From a virus (lineage: Duplodnaviria > Caudoviricetes): 64,000 nucleotides of DNA. The notes under the pieces are model-generated. The model did not search any database. It was not told where the DNA came from and worked only from the letters and a program-made list of their open reading frames with translations. The stretch lies in the IMG/VR virus record IMGVR_UViG_3300017791_000207, positions 32,001 through 96,000 of that record; one strand, 5' to 3'. The translations under genes and the position numbers were made by a program. Shown here one piece after another: positions 48,511 to 58,333 of the stretch. Numbering within the stretch: the first letter of the stretch is position 1; every line of letters begins with the position of its first letter.

Positions 48511-49686
48511 ATGGAATTTAATAATGAAGAAAACAGCTTTGGTATTCAAAGCGTAGAATCTATCGGTACTCCACAACTCTTTAGTTCATCTCCCGATGAT
48601 GTGGAACCAATCACAGAAGAGGGTACAACTATCCCTAAAGCAGAAGAAGGGTTTGACCTTGGTACAGGTACTCCACAATTATTTGCTGAGGCAGAAGTGG
48701 AAGAACCAAAAACGACTCCTGCTGCTCCAACACAAGAGACCACAGAGCAATCTTCGACCGAAACAACTGAAGAGAATCCTGAGGAAACTAATACAGAAGA
48801 AGTTGTTGAAACAAATAATATACCAATCTTCTATAAGACACTCTTAGAACAAGGTTTAGTATCTGAATTGGCAGATGGAGAAGTTGAACCTGAGAATCCT
48901 GAGGATTTACTAAGAAAGTTTCAGGAACAAGGTCAGTTGATTGCCAATGATACCATTAATACTATCTTAGGTAAATTTGGTCAGGATAGAATTGATTTCT
49001 TCAATGCTGTATTTGTTAATGGTGTTAATCCTAAAGATTACTTTACAGTAGAACAACAATTAAATTCCGTTAAGGGTATTGATTTAGGAACAGTTGAAAA
49101 TCAAGAACAGGTTATTGCACAATATTATAAAGGTATTGGTTGGTCCAATGAAAAGATCAAAAAACACCTTAAAAGACTTGATGAAGATGGTGATACAGAA
49201 TCAGAAGCCACAGATGCATACAATAACCTTGTACAAGTAGAAGAAGAAAAACTTCGTCAGGTAGTTGCTCAACAAGCACAACAAGCCCATCTAAAACAAC
49301 AGGAAGAAGCCTTCTACCGTCAACAAATAGGTAATATCCTAACAGATAAACTAAAAAATAAAGAGTTCGATGGTATTCCAGTTACAGATAAAGTAGCTCG
49401 TCAAACAAATGAATTCCTCACAGTTTATAAATGGCAGTTACCTTCGGGTGAACAACTTACAGATTTTGATAAATGGTTGATGGATCTTAAACGTCCTGAA
49501 AACTATGAAGAAAGAGCGAAGGTTGCACTTATGAAAGGTATTGGTTGGGACTTTGAAAAGATTAAAAAGAAAGCAATTTCTAAAGAATCCAACAAACTTT
49601 TCGAAGGTCTTGTACAAAAAGAAAAAACGACAAATAACAGGTCTAATACACAAACACAGCCTAACTTCACAGGCTTTAAACTCTAA
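48511..49686 (+). CDS. Acidic head-assembly (scaffold-like) protein
   Basis: E/T/P-rich disordered N-terminus, helical remainder, between portal and MCP. Confidence 0.6.
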   Translation: MEFNNEENSFGIQSVESIGTPQLFSSSPDDVEPITEEGTTIPKAEEGFDLGTGTPQLFAEAEVEEPKTTPAAPTQETTEQSSTETTEENPEETNTEEVVETNNIPIFYKTLLEQGLVSELADGEVEPENPEDLLRKFQEQGQLIANDTINTILGKFGQDRIDFFNAVFVNGVNPKDYFTVEQQLNSVKGIDLGTVENQEQVIAQYYKGIGWSNEKIKKHLKRLDEDGDTESEATDAYNNLVQVEEEKLRQVVAQQAQQAHLKQQEEAFYRQQIGNILTDKLKNKEFDGIPVTDKVARQTNEFLTVYKWQLPSGEQLTDFDKWLMDLKRPENYEERAKVALMKGIGWDFEKIKKKAISKESNKLFEGLVQKEKTTNNRSNTQTQPNFTGFKL

Positions 49687-49698
49687 TCTTAAATTAAA

Positions 49699-51258
49699 AT
49701 GGCATTAACAAAAGTTCCTGGTCAAGTAGGCTATAAAGCGTATAAGTTCTCCTCTATGGATGGTCGAGCTAAAGGCAAACTGACCGATGCAAACCACATG
49801 CACGCACTCACCGACCAAGGTGGCCCTACTAACTACGACCGTGGGATTATTGATATCTATACACAGACTTCTCAGGTAGCTGATGATTTCACACAGATGA
49901 TCAATAAATCAACACCATTTGAAATTGTTGGTAATGACTTTCAATGGGAGATTCGTGCTCCGTATGAATTCGTCCAATGTATCGAAATTCCAGATGCAAC
50001 ATTAAATAATCCTACACCAGGTATTGATGGTACTACTTTTGAAATTGCATTTGATCGTGCATATTTCCAAAAGAATGACATTATCACTGCTGATATGGAT
50101 TACGGTGATAAGTTGTATGTAACTGAAGACCCAACTCCTTATAATAAGGGTTACCTATACACAGTTAAATTAGTTGGTGTATATGTAAACAAGAATTCTT
50201 CTGCAAACTTCCGTTGGTTAGCTCCAGGTGTTCAGTATGATAAAGTTGATAATAATATTGGTGAATTTGACCAAGATTTATCAGGTTTGGATAATGAACC
50301 AAGCACCATTAAAATGTTTGATTCAGTGTCAGCAGGTTTTGGTGTTGAACATACAATCACAGGATGGGCTGATGATTTGACTCCAATGGATACTACTCGT
50401 GATAGCTATGGTAATGTAGAAGACCTTATGTTATATGAGAAATATGAACGTAATGCTCAAGGTACTTGGGTTTATGCAGGTACTCGTTGGGAACCAATCA
50501 TCGAACGTAAGATGAAATTGGAGATGCTGAAAATTCGTAAGAATCGTATGCTTTGGGGTGCAGGTGGCGAGATCAATACACAAGGTCAAAAACACCAACC
50601 TAAAAAAGTTACAGAAGGTATCGTAAGTAAAATGCGTAACAACGGTAACTACTTCCAATATCAACGCGGTGATTTTAATTTTAACTTCCTTCGTGAAATC
50701 TTTGGTGATTTATTCTATCGTCGTGTAGACATGGCTAATCGTCGTGTTAAATTATACACCAATGAAGCAGGTATGCGTATTTTCCGTAATGCTGCCAAAG
50801 AAGATTTGATGAATTCAGGTATTACCATTATTGGTGATGAACGCTTCATCCAAGGTACAGGTCAAAATATGACTGTTAACTATGGTTTTGATTCTATCGT
50901 TACCATGGAAACAGGTCGTATTGAAGTATCTCACTTGAAAGAATTGGATTTACCACAATTGAATTCTCAGTTTGGTCAAAATAAAATGTCAACACCTAAA
51001 TTCATGGTATTTGATGTTTCTAATTCTGAGGGTGGTTTGATTAACAACATTCGTGAAGTTCGTCAGAAAAACCGTCCGAATAACATGACTTGGGGTTATA
51101 TTGATGGCCGTCGTCATCACCTTGGTGCCTTTGCTTCACAAGGCCATACAGCATCAAGTAAAGTAGATGGTTACACTATATTCATGGAAGATAAATCAGA
51201 CATCTTTATCGAAGATTTGTCTCGTACAGTTCTTATTGAAGAAGTACCATTATACTAA
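49699..51258 (+). CDS. Major capsid protein
   Basis: 519 aa, position after portal and scaffold, strongly biased codon usage (CGT, GGT), followed by a hairpin. Confidence 0.85.
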   Translation: MALTKVPGQVGYKAYKFSSMDGRAKGKLTDANHMHALTDQGGPTNYDRGIIDIYTQTSQVADDFTQMINKSTPFEIVGNDFQWEIRAPYEFVQCIEIPDATLNNPTPGIDGTTFEIAFDRAYFQKNDIITADMDYGDKLYVTEDPTPYNKGYLYTVKLVGVYVNKNSSANFRWLAPGVQYDKVDNNIGEFDQDLSGLDNEPSTIKMFDSVSAGFGVEHTITGWADDLTPMDTTRDSYGNVEDLMLYEKYERNAQGTWVYAGTRWEPIIERKMKLEMLKIRKNRMLWGAGGEINTQGQKHQPKKVTEGIVSKMRNNGNYFQYQRGDFNFNFLREIFGDLFYRRVDMANRRVKLYTNEAGMRIFRNAAKEDLMNSGITIIGDERFIQGTGQNMTVNYGFDSIVTMETGRIEVSHLKELDLPQLNSQFGQNKMSTPKFMVFDVSNSEGGLINNIREVRQKNRPNNMTWGYIDGRRHHLGAFASQGHTASSKVDGYTIFMEDKSDIFIEDLSRTVLIEEVPLY

Positions 51259-51273
51259 TACAAAGTAAATAAA

Positions 51274-51301
51274 AAGGAGGGAGAGTAAAATCTCCTTCCT
51301 T
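51274..51301 (+). terminator. Hairpin after the capsid gene (terminator/stabiliser)
   Basis: aaggagggaga-gtaaaa-tctccttcctt 11-bp stem; weak U tract on +. Confidence 0.55.
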
Positions 51302-51305
51302 AAAT

Positions 51306-51406
51306 ATAGGAGTGGTGAAATTGGTAGCCATGCTCTGAAATAATGAGTAAATAGGAATAAGCGCGGAAATACTATTTAACTACAGGTTCGAGTCCTGTCT
51401 TCTATA
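51306..51406 (+). tRNA. tRNA-like element / pseudo-tRNA with long variable arm, anticodon unresolved
   Basis: Acceptor ataggag/cttctat, D arm GTGGTGAAATTGGTAG, T arm acagg-TTCGAGT-cctgt, variable stem taaatag/ctattta; anticodon arm non-canonical. Confidence 0.55.
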
Positions 51407-51436
51407 CTGATTTAAATAAACAATACAACTACAAAT

Positions 51437-52399
51437 ATGGATACCAAAATAGGTAAAATCTCCTCTGTAAGAAGAGTAGTAGATTCAAGTATTCCCTCAT
51501 TGGCAAAAAGTCTTTCTGATCGTGGACTTAACCGACAAGAAGGAACCTTTAGATTAATCGGACCTTATAAAGAAAAAGGTGGATTATATAGAACAGGACT
51601 TGATGAAAATGCAGTTTATATCAGGGAAATGGAATTAACAAATCCCGAAGAAGCCAAACAAGAAAGAATATTGGTCAAGAGTTTTAAAGAAAAAGCTCAA
51701 AGAATGCTTGCAAATGTAAGTCTTGAACCTGATTCTAAGTTTTATTCTGATATGACTAAGCGTTGGGGACATGATGATGTCTGTCAATTTGCTAAGATGC
51801 GTGATGGAGATAACCTGTATATGTTGGAAGATCCATATCAATTAGTAGTATATGCTTATTTAAGAGTGCATCCTAAGATTGCTCCATCAGGTGAAGCCTT
51901 AGGTTCAGGTAAATATACTGATGCCGAATATTATGTAAACGATGGTGATATTGAAACCAAACGTGCATTCAACAAGAAAAACCAAATATTTAAGGCAATT
52001 GCTGTATTGGATGGTATGTCCGATGATAAAAAATTAGTAGTTGCCCGTCAATGTGGTTTACCTGTTAAAGAACATTCATCCAAAGAAGAAGTATTTAACC
52101 TGTTGGCAGATTATATTGATGCAAGTAAAATTGCTAAGACTCAGGATAATGTTGTTACATTCATGAAGTTTGCCGATATGAAAGAAGATTTACTTGATAT
52201 CCGTAACACAGTAGACCTTGCAATTTCACACAATGTAATCCGTAAAAGCAAAGAAGGTTATTATAACGGTGATCAATCAATAGGTCGTACAAAACCTGAT
52301 GTTATCAACTATTATACAGATATTAATAACCAAGGTGATTTACTCGCCATCAAAGAAAGTATCAAATTAAAAAAGATTGCAAAATCGCGTGTAGCATAA
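51437..52399 (+). CDS. Conserved post-capsid virion-module protein
   Basis: 320 aa directly after MCP as in crAss-like gene order. Confidence 0.55.
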   Translation: MDTKIGKISSVRRVVDSSIPSLAKSLSDRGLNRQEGTFRLIGPYKEKGGLYRTGLDENAVYIREMELTNPEEAKQERILVKSFKEKAQRMLANVSLEPDSKFYSDMTKRWGHDDVCQFAKMRDGDNLYMLEDPYQLVVYAYLRVHPKIAPSGEALGSGKYTDAEYYVNDGDIETKRAFNKKNQIFKAIAVLDGMSDDKKLVVARQCGLPVKEHSSKEEVFNLLADYIDASKIAKTQDNVVTFMKFADMKEDLLDIRNTVDLAISHNVIRKSKEGYYNGDQSIGRTKPDVINYYTDINNQGDLLAIKESIKLKKIAKSRVA

Positions 52400-52403
52400 A
52401 CCT

Positions 52404-53114
52404 ATGATCCCAATTACGAAGTTACTATATCAAATAGATTTAAACTTAAATAAGGTAGCTTCTGATCAGAATCAGTTTATCGCAGATGAGGATAAAATCT
52501 TGGCCTTAAATAGATCTCAATTAAAGCTTATCAAAAGTAAGATTGAGGGAAATAAAATAGGTCTTGGATTTGATGCATTCCGTACCCGATACGAAGAACT
52601 ACAAGATTTAATTGTCCAATACGAAGAAGTATCTCCTACTAAAACCAGTGAGGTACTTCCTTCATATCAAATAGACTTGAATAGCCTGAAGAATAAGTAT
52701 TATCAACCTGTGGATATTATAGCCCTTGCTGATAAAGGTAATTGTAAAAATCGTCAGATATTTGTTACACGAATAGTAAAACATTCGGATCTTACAACAC
52801 TGATGAATAACTCAAATTACAATCCAAACTTCATATACCAGGAAAGTCTTGCTGTTATATCAAGTAATAAATTGATTGTTTATTCAGGAGATTTCACCAT
52901 TAATAAGATTCTGTTATCCTATTTGAGATTTCCTAAAGAGATGGATATCGAAGGCTACATTCACTTAGATGGGACAGAATCTACAAATCAGGATTGTGAA
53001 CTTACTGAAGAATTAGAAGACGAATTACTCAACCTGACAATTATAGAATTGGGTTTTGATATTTCAGATAATAATACAGCACAAGCTGCACAAGTAAAAC
53101 AAAATTTACCTTAA
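52404..53114 (+). CDS. Head-tail adaptor/ring protein candidate
   Basis: LNKVASDQ..., GFD....R.EELQ.L, Y.L.YLR.P, CEL.E.L..E. pattern of crAss-like ring proteins. Confidence 0.6.
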   Translation: MIPITKLLYQIDLNLNKVASDQNQFIADEDKILALNRSQLKLIKSKIEGNKIGLGFDAFRTRYEELQDLIVQYEEVSPTKTSEVLPSYQIDLNSLKNKYYQPVDIIALADKGNCKNRQIFVTRIVKHSDLTTLMNNSNYNPNFIYQESLAVISSNKLIVYSGDFTINKILLSYLRFPKEMDIEGYIHLDGTESTNQDCELTEELEDELLNLTIIELGFDISDNNTAQAAQVKQNLP

Positions 53115-53196
53115 ATAATTAAATTTTTCACTAACAAGAAAGCTGTTATGCTTTGGTAACACGCCTGAAATAAGGTCTCATACAAAGTTTTAAACC

Positions 53197-54315
53197 ATGG
53201 ATTTTTCAATTCCTTTAGTAATCATTGCACCTGACAACAATGTCACACCAACAACAGGTACAACCGCAACATTGACTCCAAGTCAAGTAGGTGTATTCTT
53301 ACCATCAGGCGCACCCGCTACAGCAGGTAACGCCGCTGCTGCGAGATATATTTTCTTAGCACAAGGTCAACCAAACAATGAAATTTCTTTGAAATCAGAT
53401 AAGATTTTTAAAGATAAAATCATTCGCATGACTAAAATCGTAGCTGAAGATACAGCAGCTACCGAAGTTTGGCAAAGTTCTATTTTCTCTGTACATTGTG
53501 GAGAGCATATAAATGTATCATTCCGTCTTTTCTCAAATTACATCAACACCTCTTATTACAATGGATTAACAGCTACAGTTTGGGCTGATGCACCTTGTTG
53601 TGATTGTGATGCTGATCCTTGCGCTTTAATTTCTGCTGCCGATACTCAGGCTTTGGTTGATGCATTAGTAGCCAAAATTAACGATCCAAAAGCTAAATGG
53701 TTTAACTTCTTGAGTGCAGTTCGTTTTGGCACAGGTGCTAACTCTCGTATTCAAATTGGTACAAAACCTATTACTCAACAAGGTAATTCATGTGATCTTC
53801 GCGCAAATCCTTACGAGTATGATATGGTTCGTATTCAAAATCTTTGGGCTTACAAAAATGTACCAACCACACAAGATCATCAATTATATGGTGAACAAGA
53901 TTGCGAGGTAGTTGCAACCTTTGCCAAAACTCAGAATGCAACTTTTGAAAGAGGTTCTTGGCAACAAGTTCAACAAGTTGAAAAGGAAAACATCTCTTAT
54001 CGCGAATCTAATTTCAACACACTTTATTGCAATCCTAACTTTAATGGTTGGTTTACATCAGAAGTAGTAGTTGGTTTGTACTATGATGAATACTTGATTA
54101 AATTCTATTGTTCTGATGTTCAAACTCATGCTTCATATGTTAAGCAAGATGAAACAGTAAGAATCTTTATTCCTACTGGTGATGGTGCGACATTTGAGAC
54201 TATCATGGAGACTTTCGCAGGCATTCCTTTTGATGAAGTTGGTTCTACAAATATTTCTACAACATCCAGTTCAAGCACTAGTACAACTACCAGTACATCG
54301 ACTACAACGCCTTAG
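53197..54315 (+). CDS. Abundant structural protein (auxiliary capsid candidate) with Ser/Thr tail
   Basis: High-expression codon bias, followed by a terminator; ends STTSSSSTSTTTSTSTTTP. Confidence 0.6.
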   Translation: MDFSIPLVIIAPDNNVTPTTGTTATLTPSQVGVFLPSGAPATAGNAAAARYIFLAQGQPNNEISLKSDKIFKDKIIRMTKIVAEDTAATEVWQSSIFSVHCGEHINVSFRLFSNYINTSYYNGLTATVWADAPCCDCDADPCALISAADTQALVDALVAKINDPKAKWFNFLSAVRFGTGANSRIQIGTKPITQQGNSCDLRANPYEYDMVRIQNLWAYKNVPTTQDHQLYGEQDCEVVATFAKTQNATFERGSWQQVQQVEKENISYRESNFNTLYCNPNFNGWFTSEVVVGLYYDEYLIKFYCSDVQTHASYVKQDETVRIFIPTGDGATFETIMETFAGIPFDEVGSTNISTTSSSSTSTTTSTSTTTP

Positions 54316-54341
54316 TAATCAATTAGTTATATAACCTTAGT

Positions 54342-54373
54342 AAGGGATTGGGAGTAATCTCAGTCCCTTTTTT
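54342..54373 (+). terminator. Rho-independent terminator
   Basis: aagggattggga-gtaa-tctcagtccctt stem then T run. Confidence 0.8.
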
Positions 54374-54394
54374 ATTACCATTAAAATTAAAGTT

Positions 54395-54979
54395 ATGGAA
54401 TTACCTGAAGTAATAATCCGAAACAGAATAGATTACACCAAATCTAAAATAAAGTTTACAGATAAACAGAGAGAAGGTGTTGAAGACCTTGTATGGGAGG
54501 CTGTTAGACAAGGTATAACGATTAAGGAGCAGATTGCTTACATTTTGGCTACTGCTTGGCATGAAACGGCTCAAACCATGCAACCTATTTCTGAGTATGG
54601 TTCAGACAAGTATCTATCTAAATATGATACAGGTAAGCTAGCTAAAGACCTTGGTAATAGTCCTGGTGCAGATGGAGACGGTATCCTTTACAAGGGAAGA
54701 GGCTATGTCATGATTACGGGGAAATCTAACTATGATAAGTTTAGTAAGATACTTGATATAGACCTTGTAAAGAATCCAGAAAAAGCAAAAGAGCCACAGA
54801 TAGCAGCTCAAATTGCAGTTTATGGAATGATTCATGGATCTTTCACCACCAAGAAATTATCTGATTACATAACCTCAACTAAGGTAGATTATCTTAATGC
54901 AAGGCGCGTGATTAATGGTCAGGATAAAGCTGTAACCATTCAAGGTTATGCACAAGAGTTTAATAAAATTCTATTGTAA
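54395..54979 (+). CDS. GH19 chitinase-like endolysin
   Basis: AYILATAWHET, PISEYG, GDG..YKGRGYVMITGKSNY, ARRVING. Confidence 0.85.
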   Translation: MELPEVIIRNRIDYTKSKIKFTDKQREGVEDLVWEAVRQGITIKEQIAYILATAWHETAQTMQPISEYGSDKYLSKYDTGKLAKDLGNSPGADGDGILYKGRGYVMITGKSNYDKFSKILDIDLVKNPEKAKEPQIAAQIAVYGMIHGSFTTKKLSDYITSTKVDYLNARRVINGQDKAVTIQGYAQEFNKILL

Positions 54980-55180
54980 TTTTACAGTAACCTTGAAGTC
55001 GTCATAATCAAATGAGAAATTAGGATTGTTGATAATTAATTTTTTGTTTACAATCTTACCTAATGCCTGAATTATATTTTTAATAACTTCACCATAGGTT
55101 TCAGGATTTTCTATTAATTCTTGCAGATGATCATCATTAAATATATCTACAGGTAATACTACTTTCTGTTCTTGTTGCAT
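54971..55180 (-). CDS. Hypothetical protein
   Basis: 69-aa ORF with its own TACTTTTG promoter element (about 55199-55206). Confidence 0.5.
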   Translation of the reverse strand: MQQEQKVVLPVDIFNDDHLQELIENPETYGEVIKNIIQALGKIVNKKLIINNPNFSFDYDDFKVTVKLQ

Positions 55181-55248
55181 ATTCTATTATTTATATTACA
55201 AAAGTAAGCAGATATTCCAAAATAAAAAAGTTAAATCTTTGAATTAAA

Positions 55249-55280
55249 TTTGGTAGATTCATTTTTTCAACTTATCTTTG
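55249..55280 (+). promoter_or_regulatory. Sigma-A promoter
   Basis: TTTG, 20 nt, TATCTTTG. Confidence 0.75.
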
Positions 55281-55406
55281 CATTAACATCTTAAAATCCA
55301 AGTATATGGATGAAGAATTGACTGAAGAACAAGTGGAAGAGAAAGTAAGATATTATAAATGGTTACTTTTTCATGATAATATAATTAAAGAACTAGAATT
55401 AGGAAA

Positions 55407-56261
55407 TTGAATCTAACAGCACAGGAGAAATACAAATTGTTGAGTTGGGCTTACCTCGTAAAAGGGGCAAGGTCTAATTCTGTATTGTATTTTAATGAAA
55501 GTCCTGAGTTGTTTATCAAACGTAATGGTTTAACCATTTCTAATGCTACATTCCGTAAATACCTTAATATAGCTAAATCACTTGGTTTAGTTAATAGTTA
55601 TGGTAAACACCTTCAATTAAAAGGTTGGGAATTCTTTATTGAAGTTCTCGGTCTTGAAACAATTAAATATTTTAATCAGATTATTAATCGTCAGGATATA
55701 ACCAAAATCAAATCTTTTAAAGAAATGACTGATTGGGTTATTTTGGCTTATGTAGTATCTGGTAAACTTTGGAAGCAAGATGCAACCATTGTAAAGAAAG
55801 CAGGATTTAGAAAAGTTGCCAAAAGTATTATTGGTAGCGACAACAACAAAAGCTATTGCAATTCCACCGATATTAGAAGATTTATGAAAACAAATCCTCA
55901 GTACGGTTTAATTTCAACAGATACATACGCACGAAACGTGTTGTCGGACAAGAATTATAATTCTAATATTGTAACAGGTTCTCATTCCCTTGCTGAATTT
56001 ACAGGTCTATCACAAAAAACCTGTAATAACCTTTTGAATAAAGCTGTTAAGAAAGGTCTTATACTTAGGAGTATAGTAAGAAAATACCATTCTTTTGGTG
56101 TTGATGCATACTCTACATTCGATGCTTTAAAAGCAGGGGGTAATTTGGTTTATGCTTCTTCTAAATCTAAGAACTTTGTTCAAGTTTTAGGTTCTGAAAT
56201 AGTGCTAAGTAGCAAATTAACTCTTAGAGGTTCTAATGTATTTTGGACAGTGATAAAGTAA
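55407..56261 (+). CDS. Basic protein with two HTH-like segments
   Basis: ISNATFRKYLNIAKSLGLV and SLAEFTGLSQKTCNNLLNKAVKKGLI; own promoter and terminator. Confidence 0.5.
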   Translation: MNLTAQEKYKLLSWAYLVKGARSNSVLYFNESPELFIKRNGLTISNATFRKYLNIAKSLGLVNSYGKHLQLKGWEFFIEVLGLETIKYFNQIINRQDITKIKSFKEMTDWVILAYVVSGKLWKQDATIVKKAGFRKVAKSIIGSDNNKSYCNSTDIRRFMKTNPQYGLISTDTYARNVLSDKNYNSNIVTGSHSLAEFTGLSQKTCNNLLNKAVKKGLILRSIVRKYHSFGVDAYSTFDALKAGGNLVYASSKSKNFVQVLGSEIVLSSKLTLRGSNVFWTVIK

Positions 56262-56316
56262 AGAGCTATATGCAATAGTATGAGCTTAATTTAAAATTAA
56301 CTCCATAAAAAATCAC

Positions 56317-56338
56317 AACCTCCCAATAAGAGGTTTTT
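56317..56338 (+). terminator. Probable intrinsic terminator
   Basis: aacctc-ccaataa-gaggtt then T run. Confidence 0.55.
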
Positions 56339-56342
56339 CGTT

Positions 56343-56834
56343 ATGCCTATAAACAACCTAAACATATCTCCAACTGAATCTTATCAATTAACGCTTATGG
56401 CTTTGGTTGATGAATCTGATTATAATGGAACGGTAATTAACAATGTTTCACTTGAGATAACTCCTCCTGCTTTCCCCAAGAAGAATATACCATTTACTCC
56501 TAATTCAGTAAATGTATTTACCTCTGAGGATTTAGGTCTTGGTTGTGGCGAAGATAATATTTTACCCGATGGTATTTATACTGTCAAATATACAGTGAAT
56601 TATAACACTTTTATTGAGAAACAATTCATTCGTATATCTAATACTCAATTCAAACTTCAAGAATTACTTTTAGCTTCTCTGTCAGGTTCATGCGATGGTA
56701 TGGAGCAATATAAAAATGGTAAAGTCTTTTTGGAAGGTGCAGTTGCAGCAGCTAATCATTGTCAGATAGGTCTTGCGAACTCACTTCTACAAAAAGCAAA
56801 TAAATTAATTTCAACACCTTGTAATTGTAATTAA
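56343..56834 (+). CDS. Structural (tail-module) protein
   Basis: LPDGIYTVKY motif, C-terminal Cys; start of Cys-rich tail gene block. Confidence 0.55.
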   Translation: MPINNLNISPTESYQLTLMALVDESDYNGTVINNVSLEITPPAFPKKNIPFTPNSVNVFTSEDLGLGCGEDNILPDGIYTVKYTVNYNTFIEKQFIRISNTQFKLQELLLASLSGSCDGMEQYKNGKVFLEGAVAAANHCQIGLANSLLQKANKLISTPCNCN

Positions 56835-56835
56835 A

Positions 56836-56925
56836 ATGGGATGTCAAGCAACAACATGTGTTAACTGTGGTACAGTAAAACCAAAATGCCAACTAATAGA
56901 CGGTAAATGCATAAATTGTAGATAA
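56836..56925 (+). CDS. 29-aa six-cysteine peptide (not in ORF track)
   Basis: MGCQATTCVNCGTVKPKCQLIDGKCINCR; fills the gap, TAATG overlap with next gene. Confidence 0.6.
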   Translation: MGCQATTCVNCGTVKPKCQLIDGKCINCR

Positions 56926-57182
56926 TGCTAACACTTATAACCAATAAGGTAACTACTGACTATACTAAAAAAATAGATAGTAAGATTGCAACTATTTCCA
57001 GAATGGCTTTAGAGAATATGACACTTGGATTTACCAACAAGGTAGATTATAATATGGTGGATATTCTTTCAGATTTAAGAGATATTTACATAGCCAAAGG
57101 GTACGGTGCCGATCATCTATGTTCAATAGATATGTCTACGGTTAAATTCTATATTGATAAACTAACAAATAATAAATGCTAA
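56925..57182 (+). CDS. Hypothetical structural-module protein
   Basis: 85-aa ORF in operon. Confidence 0.5.
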   Translation: MLTLITNKVTTDYTKKIDSKIATISRMALENMTLGFTNKVDYNMVDILSDLRDIYIAKGYGADHLCSIDMSTVKFYIDKLTNNKC

Positions 57183-57185
57183 TAC

Positions 57186-58319
57186 ATGGGTAGTGGCTGC
57201 ATAGGTAACACAAGTGGTTCTAAAGCTTGTGTCGAAAAAATAAGTGCTGAATGTGTTCTCTATGTGGGAGAAAGCATTCCTTCATTAGGTGTATGTCAAA
57301 ATGATACTATTAATGAGACTACTGCTCTAATACTTAGTAAATTACAAACCTTAGCCACAGGTGAAGGAATTACTTTGTCTGATATTACTGCTAACTGTGC
57401 TTTTGTAACACAATCCCTTGCAAATAAGGATAAAAACCTCAGTACTCTTCTCCAAATACTCTTTGATAATGATTGTGCCTTAAATCAACTTATTGTAGAT
57501 TTACAGAATAATATTGATGCTCCTTATTCATTTGATTTAAAGTGCCTTTCAGTAGCGAATCCTACAAGAGATAATATTACTCAGGAACTGATTACACAAC
57601 TATGTTCTTTACAAACTACTGTAAACAATATTGTAAATCAATTAGCCAATCCTGAAACAGATGATAACACAGCATTAATTGCAGCTCTGACAGATATAGC
57701 AGGTAATTTACTTGGTACAAACATTAGTTCTTGTCCGACATCATCTATTCAAAAAACAGGACAAGGAGCGAATACCATGCTTAAAATGGTTGGATTTGTA
57801 CCTATCGGAGGAGTAATTGAATATAATGGTTCATTAGGTAATTTCGATCAAACAGGTAAAGGTCTCGCTTCTGCTTGCATGGATAATTGGGCTTTATGTA
57901 ATGGACAGAATGGCACTAAGAATAAATTAGGACTTGTAACAGCCATGGCTACTAATATTCAAGGTGCATCACCATTAGCATCAGCTATAATTGCAGGAGA
58001 TAATGACACCCTTACAAATGTAGGCAATATCAAAGGTACACCTAAAGTAACTCTTACATCAGTAAATCAAATTCCTGATCACTTCCATGTTTTAAATATT
58101 AATCCTCACTCTCATAATATTACAACCAAAATATCAGGTAATGGTGGTGGTGGATCTAATGCAGCATGGAATAATTCATTTGGTAGTTCTCAAACAATTA
58201 CAACAGATTCAGTAACAGTTTCAGGTAGTGTTGGTTCGATTGTTAATAGAACTGCATCACAAGCCATAGAAAACAGACAGCCTACTTACTATGGTATTTT
58301 CATTCAAAGAATATCTTAA
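57186..58319 (+). CDS. Tail fibre/collar-domain protein
   Basis: Cys-rich coiled N-terminus; VPIGGVIEY, WALCNGQNGT, QIPDH.H, IENRQPTY...FIQRI collar-type C-terminus. Confidence 0.7.
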   Translation: MGSGCIGNTSGSKACVEKISAECVLYVGESIPSLGVCQNDTINETTALILSKLQTLATGEGITLSDITANCAFVTQSLANKDKNLSTLLQILFDNDCALNQLIVDLQNNIDAPYSFDLKCLSVANPTRDNITQELITQLCSLQTTVNNIVNQLANPETDDNTALIAALTDIAGNLLGTNISSCPTSSIQKTGQGANTMLKMVGFVPIGGVIEYNGSLGNFDQTGKGLASACMDNWALCNGQNGTKNKLGLVTAMATNIQGASPLASAIIAGDNDTLTNVGNIKGTPKVTLTSVNQIPDHFHVLNINPHSHNITTKISGNGGGGSNAAWNNSFGSSQTITTDSVTVSGSVGSIVNRTASQAIENRQPTYYGIFIQRIS

Positions 58320-58333
58320 TTTAACTCATTTAT

